Shown here piece after piece: positions 52,554 to 64,000 of a DNA stretch of 64,000 bases. Positions within the stretch are counted from its first letter, which is position 1. The number at the start of each line of letters is the position of its first letter. The notes under the pieces were generated by a model that saw only the letters and a program-made list of their open reading frames with translations, did no database searches and was not told where the DNA came from. A program made the position numbers and the translations under genes. This DNA comes from the human T2T-CHM13v2.0 reference genome, Homo sapiens, in assembly GCF_009914755.1 (NCBI RefSeq), contig NC_060947.1; one strand, given 5' to 3'.

Positions 52554-52659
52554 GAAAATCCTGTTGCGAATAAGAAGGATTCCACAGATCACATACCGGA
52601 GAGGTTTTGCCTCAGCTGCTCTCAACTTTGTAATCTTGTGAAGAAGCTGACAAGCTTGG
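52554..52659 (+). other. PCDH11X: PCDH11X exon 3 (5'UTR, 106 nt)
   Basis: Acceptor ttttacccctcatag|gaaaatc and donor ttgg|gtgaga. Confidence 0.82.
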
Positions 52660-53317
52660 GTGAGACAATGTTTTGCTATCCTCCTTAAAGAATTAGAAAT
52701 TCCCGCATAAGAGAGTATGAATTGATAACAAGAGGCATTATAGCTAAGATCAGGTTCATAACTGAAAAATTTGAAATAGATATGTAGGTAATCAAGCATT
52801 TTTAGTGATGTATATTATGTGATTGCCGTTCAAGGCAGGCATAACCATTTTCCTCAGTCAGGAAATAAATACCACTAGCCAATGGGGCTAGGATCACACC
52901 TATTCCATATAAATAAAACTTTGAATCTATCCTGTCTACTGTTTGATAAGCCTATGCAGATTATCAATTTTATGTGTTAGGTTTATAAAACTGTTATAAT
53001 GATCCAAGGAATAATAGCAGTTGGTGGGGAGGGTGTTTTTATTTAAGCTTTCATTAGCAGACAAATAAGGATAGCAGAGACTTCACTCCAGTTTTAATTC
53101 AAAAAGTATTTTGTGCCTACATTTCAGAATCCTGGATGATTTGCTGCTAACAGCACTCTGAGGTCCTGCCATGGAACCTCCTATCTACTGCAGCATTTGG
53201 GTTATTGAAGCCCTATCTTTTCAGTGCATCTATTTCATTTAAGTTTAAACTGATTACAATGTACTGGAGGCAAAGACCTTTTTCTTCCCCTCCCTCTTTT
53301 TATCCCCCACTCAACAG

Positions 53318-53376
53318 CTGATTGCAGAGCACTATGAGGACTGAACGACAGTGGGTTTTAATTCAGATATTTCAAG
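53318..53376 (+). other. PCDH11X: PCDH11X exon 4 (59 nt)
   Basis: Long polypyrimidine tract then caacag|ctgatt; strong donor AAG|GTGAGT. Confidence 0.88.
53334..53376 (+). CDS. PCDH11X: Putative upstream in-frame start of protocadherin-11X (MRTERQWVLIQIFQ, phase-1 end), continuing in the next exon outside the window
   Basis: ATG at 53334-53336 with A at -3, open to the donor (14 codons + 1 nt). The in-frame link to MDLLSGTY is from recalled sequence and is not visible here. Confidence 0.5.
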
Positions 53377-56300
53377 GTGAGTTTCATATATATTAAATAT
53401 CATATACGTCTCCTTTCCTCTGGGTCTTTTCAGGAGTAGTAATTTTATCTGAACTCCAATTTTTCATGTTTGAAGCTTTCATTTTCTTAAAAGATTTGTT
53501 TTGAGTTTAAAATGTTAACAGTGAGATTGGATGAGAGGAAGGGGAAGTCTATATTCCAATATACTGATATCATGTAGGGAGAGATGTAAAACAACAACAA
53601 CAAAAATCCCACAAATTATAGTAAGCATAATTTACCTGGATTGGCCTGGATGGCCACACATGTTGTCCGTGGATTGACAATTTCTAAAGAATTGACAGTT
53701 TACTGACGGTAAACAATGAAGTTGTAAAGGCCCCTCTGGATCGTGCAAAGATGTCTTTAGGACCATGAGTTATCAGTGTACTGAAAAATTCCAGAAGTGC
53801 CTATTTTCAGAACAAATACTTGTTCTGAATACTACAAGCACCCTAGGTAGAGAGACTGTTCTTCCTCAGTTTTGCATTTCCAATGCGTGGTGTACAGAAC
53901 ATACTTTACAAATAGACACCAAACTAACAAACAAGAGAGTATTCTAATGAATAAATATATAGACTTTATTGCACTTGTAGGAATATGATTTGATTTAATA
54001 AACTAATAGGCTATCCCCCCAAATCTCCATTTAGATGAATAAAAAATGTTTAGGATTCTATTTAATTAAACCAAATTTAGAAGTAGTGTTCAGTTTCTTG
54101 CTTGGGAGGTTTTGATTTATTCAAAAATCATTTAAGTTTGTCCACTTAGTGATTAGCGTGTACTCCAGTGCACCCCCACAACTTTGTCACAATACTCCAA
54201 TAATGTAATACACTTAAAAATAATATATTTAAATTATTTGTCACAAATACTCATTCTCAGTTTCTCTTGTCCATGTGGCAGAAGATACTGAAATATGTTC
54301 CCCTTGACATTGCTCAAAGAAGAAATCTCTTAAAAGTTCTAATCACTGTTAAATTTCTCAGACATTTTAAGCTTTAGAGAAGAAAAGATTTAAACAACTT
54401 TTTACATGATTCTTTTTCTTGTTCCCTTCTATTCCCTCCATTACTCCTCTGTCACTTCCATCATTCTCTCCAAGTACATAAATCCACTCTTTATGGTGCC
54501 TGGGACCTCCCAGATCCAGTAAATCTTCCCATCCTCTCCCTCTACCTTTCATTCCTTCAAGTTTTCCGTTCATTGAAGTCATTCTCAGTTCTGTTAGTTT
54601 TCCCAGATTTCTCCCTGTTCTCTTTGTGTGTCTATAATTCTTCCAAGTCTCTACCCAGTTTTTAAGTTCTCCATCTTTGTTGTCACCATAGTTTTCCCCA
54701 GTTAAGTTTTCATAACAGCTTGTTGCTCAGACTCTATGAGTACTTCTTATTTTGTTAGTTCGTCTCAATGCTCAAAATCATTCCTTACCTCTCAATCATC
54801 CCTTTTCTCTCTTTAATACCTTCATCCTTTCCAAGTTTTCTCTGCAGTCTTTTCCATATCCTCTGCTCCTACCAGTTTCCCCTTGTGCCTCACAGTTCTT
54901 CCCAAATTATTCAAGTCCCTTGCAGGTAGTTGGAATATAACTCATCACATTATTTCCATATTTAGGAACAACTTAAATTTACAAACTGCCATGAATAAAA
55001 CAGTCTGTAGCTTAATCATTGACAGTTTAATATAATCTTATTCTTTATTGCGGCATTATATATACACCACATTTTATAGACCTGTTATTTGTACCAGGTT
55101 TGGTTTTAAGAGAACTTGAGATAGTAGAGGGGAGATACAAAAAATTAACATTCAGGTAGTAAAGCCAAATTAAGCCAAGGTGAAAATTTCTTATTCAACA
55201 AGACATTCAGCCCATTCAGTTCAAAACAATATTCTGTGTACTTTTTAAGGAGTGGAAGAAAAATTGACGAGTAATGGAATATGCTAATTGAATATTGATG
55301 AGATTTGTTTCCATTTTAAAGTTAAAAAAAACAAAACTGATTGCTCTAAGACTTTTTCTTGCTGACTGCCATCACCTCAGTTGTCATATTTTAACCACAA
55401 ATCCCGTAAGCACTTACATTTAACCTTATCGTTACTCTTATGCTTATTCAAATTTTCCCCATGTGATGCTAATCTGAAAATTTCTTAGAGGAAATGAGTT
55501 TTGAATTGCTCTGAAGTAGATGATGACCTTTGATGACCAGAGAAGATGTGGAAAATATTATGGCTAGAGAGTAGATGTTGGCTCGGCTGAAGAGGAGAGG
55601 TCATGGATTATAAATTAAAGAGAAAGATATTTCTTAGAAGCAGCTAATTGAGGACCTTGAATGCTAGGCCTCAGAGTTTAGATTCTATAGATTTCGAAAG
55701 GTAATAAACATAGTTTTTTTGCTTTCAGTTTTTGTTGTTGTTGTTATCGGTTTGGTTTGGTTGTTATATATAATGTTTATCAAAATAATGAATACTTATT
55801 TTTCAACACCATAAAAACGTGGAAGTAGACCACAAAAAAAGTACTGGTTGGATAGATAATATATTTGGAAATGCTTTGTTTTAAAAAAACCCTTTTCTTC
55901 TGAATAAAAATAGAGAGGAGAAGCAGTTCTTACGTGAAATCTCTCTTTAACAGTTCCTCTTGAAAATTAGCAGCTGTACTTAGTGAAAAATTATGAAGGT
56001 GCAATGTTGTTGTCAGCTGTAACAGGTTTTAATTATCTTTTTTATTTTAAAGTCATCAAATTTAGAGATGTCAAATTTTTATTATTTTCAGGACAAAATC
56101 ATGATGCCATAGTTCACATATTTTAGTTGCAAATACTGTTTCAAAATGCACTTGATTTTGTGAGGTGTTTGCTTTAATATTTTCAACACTGCTGGATTAC
56201 AGAGTTTCAAGATATATTGCACGTATCCAATTAAAATAACTCCCCACTTTCCCTAATTTATACTTGTTCTTTAAAAATTTAAATATTAATTAAAATCTTC

Positions 56301-57014
56301 TAATAAGTTAACATGTTCCCTGTTTTATCAAAAACATTCATTGTTCAGTTTAAGCGTTTGAAAACCAATCATAATATCTATAGATAAATGTCACTGGGAT
56401 GTGTCTTTCTCAAAAATGTTATGAAGGGTTATAAAATTTTGAAAAAAAATTTTATTACCAAAATATTACCAAACATACCTTGAAAGCTGAATATAATCAT
56501 TCGTCTTTTAAAATAAGCTTTTTAATCTAAATTACATGAAAAAAAATTTGTTGCCAAGCTGGGAACAATTATAAAATCACTAACTACCTAAAACAGAGCA
56601 CACAGTCTTTAAACCTTATAAACATAATTTTAAATCTGAAGATTATATGAAATATTCATTTGATGAAAAGACATTTTGACTTCGCATGTGGAATTGTGAT
56701 GTAAGATCTTTTAAAGCTGTAGCATTGCTCATAATTGAGATCCATTATGCAAATGATTATGTATTTATGATTAAACCTTCTTTCAATCACAGATGGCTAG
56801 AACAAGAAAAGATCTTAGAGATAAATCCCAACGCTACTCACCCTCAGTGAGTAAAATGAGGCACAGAATGACTAAATGACTTGTCCAAAGTCACAGATAC
56901 CTAAAGGCATAGTTAATACTAGAATTCAAGTCCAGTTAGTTTTTCCCACAGGATTAGACTTGTCTTTGTGAGTGCAGGATATACAAATACCTTTGTTTAT
57001 TATTTTTTTTTAGT

Positions 57015-57260
57015 TTATAATAACAATATCAACAATTACAAACACATGTAACATTAATGTTCCAGGAACTGTTCTAAGTACTTTACATATATTAACTCAT
57101 TTAGTGCACAATAACACTATAAGGTAGACACAATTGTTAACCCTGTTTTACACAAAGATACAGAGAATTTAAATAACTTGCATAAAGTCACACAGCTAGT
57201 GAGTGGTGGATCTTGGATTTATTATAAAACAAGACCATCTAACTCCATAGCTCATGCTAG
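57015..57260 (-). mobile_element. MIR
   Basis: tccaggaactgttctaagtactttacatatattaactcatttag...aaataacttgcataaagtcacacagctagtgagtgg. Confidence 0.85.
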
Positions 57261-57908
57261 GACTTCTTTAAAAAATTTAAATTTTTTAATGCCAGGATAG
57301 TTTATATTTGGATATAAAAACATTTTATGACTTTACTTTTTCAGTAGGGTATAAAAACATTTTTTAGTATTGGAAATTAATGACTGTCTCAATTTCCATA
57401 TCATATACATTTTGCAATAGCTTTAAATGAATGGTCTTGCTACAATGGATGTGAAGCCCTGAATGGTTTATCTGAAATCATCAATATTGTTCATTAAGAC
57501 AATTGCAAAAAAATGATCTCTATGGAGTCTTTCAGTTCATTCTATGTATGAAAAAATTTTTCATTTATTTTTAAAACTAGAAAATCAAACCGAAAGTATA
57601 TTTAAATAATGTCTCTATGAAATGTCTTCTGTGAGAATGGTAAAATGAGCTATCAACTAATTATTTTTTCATATACTTGGTAATGACTATGTGAACAAAA
57701 TTGATTTTGCATTTTCTCATTAATGTGGCACACAACACAGAAATAAAAGTCCTATTTTTTTCTAGCTTGTTTTAGTCTGTGGGCTTAATTGCTAGTTTGA
57801 AAGTAATATTAGGTAATATCTTACTCTGTAAGAAAGCATATTTTGACATGTTGACGTGTTAATATATTGACACATGGGAAAGGAATAAGTAAATGTAAAT
57901 GAAAACTA

Positions 57909-58244
<336 letters not shown>

Positions 58245-59602
58245 CTATATAAGTTTGTTTTATGTATAATTATGTAATAAATTCTGAAAATTATCATAAA
58301 ATTAAAATATTAGAATATAAGATCTTCCATACATTGCCCCAATTTGTTTATTCCGTTCAAATAGAATGGAAAGACAAATTAAAATGGAGAAGGGCTGACT
58401 CATAAGAAATAGCAATGAATTCCTTTTCTTTTCATTTTTTAGGGAAGAAAGGGATTGGGAACAAGACTATATGTTGTATAGGGAACATTGAAGGATTCTA
58501 TTTCCATTTCAGTGCTTAATGGCTTTTACTAGTTATTTAACTTTTTTCTCTACGTTTTTAAAACTCTCAGAGTCTGTGGCTTCATTAAATATTATTTCTT
58601 TATAAAACATATATGATAATACGAAAAGTGTTAAATCGGTGGTATTCATTAAGACTGTATCCAGCACTGTGGAGAACTTGGAGGTCAAGGGAAAGTCTGC
58701 ACAAAAGTAGAAATATGAGGAAATTTGTGAACTGTGTTAGCCAATGTATATTAGTGCTCTGAGCATATATTTAAGGAAGGATGAGGCAATGTGGACTGAG
58801 GGACATTGGAGATGGATTAAGAGTGAAAGGGTAATTGGCTATGTTAGAAAACAGTGGCTTGCATTGCATGATTCTGTATCACAGGTACTTATTTATAGTG
58901 TGCATGCATTTCTGATATTGCATAAAGCAAGACAGTGATGAAGTTACATAGTTGTCTATTAGGATATTTGCCCTATACCCTTCAGTTTTCTGTTTGAGGT
59001 TTTTGAAGGATTCATGATTTCTATCATGCATCATATTCTTCATACTATCTGTATAAGGATTATGATGGTGATAAATGAGAAGAACATGGTGAGTATTCCA
59101 AACTCCTATCGACCCTACCCAATATACTAAAGATTATCAAGTGGAGAGTTATTTTGGTATATTACCACTTCATAATTTTTATGTCTCAGATACAGTACAT
59201 TTATTTATATAGCATATCACATAGGTTTTATTGGGATCATATAATGTTTTATGAAATAATTCTATTTTAAGATGCTATTTACTCATAACTATAAAACTGT
59301 GCATTTTTGTTCTCTCAGAGGATCTGGAACAGTGTGATTTCTAACTTAAAATGAGGGGAGATTTGATTGTTTCTTCTTGAGTTAACAAGTTACCAATATC
59401 TTAAAAATATTCACTGCCTAATAGTTTCAAAATTTAGAATCATAAAATACTACTCATTCCTAAATGATTCAAGAATACATTTTACTGTACTATTTAATTT
59501 TATACCTTTTTTGTCCCCTGCCTATGAATTGGATATTCTAGCCATCATTTCACTGTCCTGGGTGCAGGCATAGTTGAAGGTTACTGACCTTCTGATCTAG
59601 AT

Positions 59603-59802
59603 TAGTACTGTCCAACAGAACTTTCTGTCGTAATAGAAATATTCTAAAATCTGTGCTGTCCAGTGCTTAAGTCCTTAGCCTTATTGGACAATTGAGCACT
59701 TAAAATGTGCTTAGTACAACTAAGGGATTGAATTTTTAATCTGACTTAAATTTAATTTTAACAGCTACACACAGCAAGAGGTACTATATTGGACTGCACA
59801 GC
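59603..59802. mobile_element. MER3 (hAT-Charlie)
   Basis: tagtactgtccaacagaactttctg...ttgagcacttaaaatgtgc...tattggactgcacag, flanked by tctaga on both sides. Confidence 0.8.
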
Positions 59803-60495
59803 TCTAGATGCTTATAGTCTAAATATAACTATTGTATGGAAAAGAGAGTTCTTTTTTCAAGGCATAATCAATCACCTTCGTTTCTAATTTTGTTCTTGTG
59901 CTATCTATAAATCAAGTCCTGATGCAAAGTAATTTCATCATGAAGAGCACTGGTCTTTATTTTCCAGGGTTGACAGGTTATATAAAGAATTAATGTACCC
60001 TGTGATCGCAATTTCCTAGAGTGAGTGCCAGTTTTAGCAAGTGTAAAATAGTTGTGTTTGTTGTAGCTTCTTCTATGATATCTATTAAGGAGTTGGATAT
60101 CTCTGAAAAGAAAATATAAAATATTTCAGCATTTCTAATATTTTCTGGAATAGGAAAATATTTTACATTTATCAGCTATAAAGAAATCATAATTTAAAAT
60201 GAAATACTGGCCATTTTCACATATTTTGTACTCTGTGACAAACTGAAATCATTACAGAGTATGTTATAATTCTAAAAACCAAAAAGTCTCCCAAGTAATA
60301 GGAGCCTCTAGTACCTAATCAAAAGAATGGTGTCTTTATTTTCTTTTTTCGTAATCTCTTTTTCTAAACCAATGTGAGATCAAATTACGTTTTTTATAAG
60401 CAGTGCAATAGCTAAATAAAAATAACAATAACCGCAAATGCATGAAGAATTTTTTTTTTTATCTGAATGTATTACTCACTTAAAACTGCATTGGT

Positions 60496-60873
<378 letters not shown>

Positions 60874-61710
60874 TCAACTATTGTTTAGTATGATGGCATT
60901 TCAATTGGCAGTTTTCCTTACAGTGATCTGTCTACACATGCACGCACATAAATGCACACAAGGGCATATGTTCACAGTGAAACACAAAGATTATTATTTT
61001 AAACATACAAATAAAGCATCTCATGAATATTTCTCAATTACAAGTTGGCTAGTGTTTGTTAGTCCAGCAAGCAATACTGTATCCAACTCTGTACAGGCAG
61101 AACTTGTATATTCTTGATTTCCCATTTGATGGTTACTTAGAATTGTTTTGAGGTTAATGCACTTCTTGATTTATAAATAAAAGTGGGGTTGCATTTCATT
61201 CTTCTTCCAATATACTATTATATTACCCCTTTGAAGGCTTGTTCTTTACTTGTGGTGAGAAGGCATGGAATATGCTGAATGAAGGCTAATGATAAATCAT
61301 TTTTCATTTCTTAATGAGTTGGAGTGGGGTTTGTGGTTGTCCTAAGTGAGAAACAGAAAAAAAAATTTAAAGAAGAGGAATCTAAAAATATTGTGAAAAC
61401 ATGTAGGATTAGTTAAATTAATTTAAATATTTTACTTACTAATAGTTTGAAAAACTGATTTCCTAAGAACCACTTAGTATAATTTGTAGTGAAAATAACT
61501 ACAGGTGAAGATCATGCATAAAATATACTCTTACCAGAAAATTTTAGGTTTTTGAATAAAATGGAATTCATAAAATAATGAACACTCCAAGTTATTATAA
61601 ATCACTCCGATTATTTCTTGAAGTCTTTGCTGGTTGTTGTAGTCATATATTCTTGGAGGAAAAGGTTTAAAACAAAAGAATTGGTGACCCGAATCTCCAG
61701 CAAGCATTTC

Positions 61711-64000
<2,290 letters not shown>

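Noticed and set aside
53318-53376. Assignment to PCDH11Y
   Set aside because: ACG rather than ATG at 53345-53347 and an intact MRTERQ frame fit the X copy. A non-human ape X ortholog is not strictly excluded.

Overview
This is AT-rich primate (most likely human) genomic DNA, not prokaryotic. It covers the promoter and 5' part of protocadherin-11 on the + strand, in the Xq21.3/Yp11 X-transposed region. A CpG-island promoter (about 21.0-24.4 kb) drives non-coding exon 1 (donor after 21763). A ~30 kb intron follows, then three small 5' exons (51547-51715, 52554-52659, 53318-53376). Exon 4 reads ACG where PCDH11Y has its MTVGFNSDIS start ATG, which points to the X copy, PCDH11X; this identification rests on my recall of the sequences, not a search. 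The cadherin-coding exons lie beyond the window. The rest is transposon-derived: two convergent L1PA2/3-type elements at the window ends, ten Alus, solo LTRs (MLT1, MER4, MER34, MER41B, MST, THE1), hAT/Tigger fossils, MIR/L2 fragments and two U2 snRNA retrocopies. I see no evidence of a new multi-gene system. The best leads are: a U2-Alu chimera inside one target-site duplication; a 5'UTR exon built from L2 and MER3 that adds uATGs to an otherwise ATG-free leader; an in-frame upstream ATG; an inverted L1 pair sharing a non-consensus base; and a MER41B whose GAS sites have changed into a kB/STAT6-like composite.
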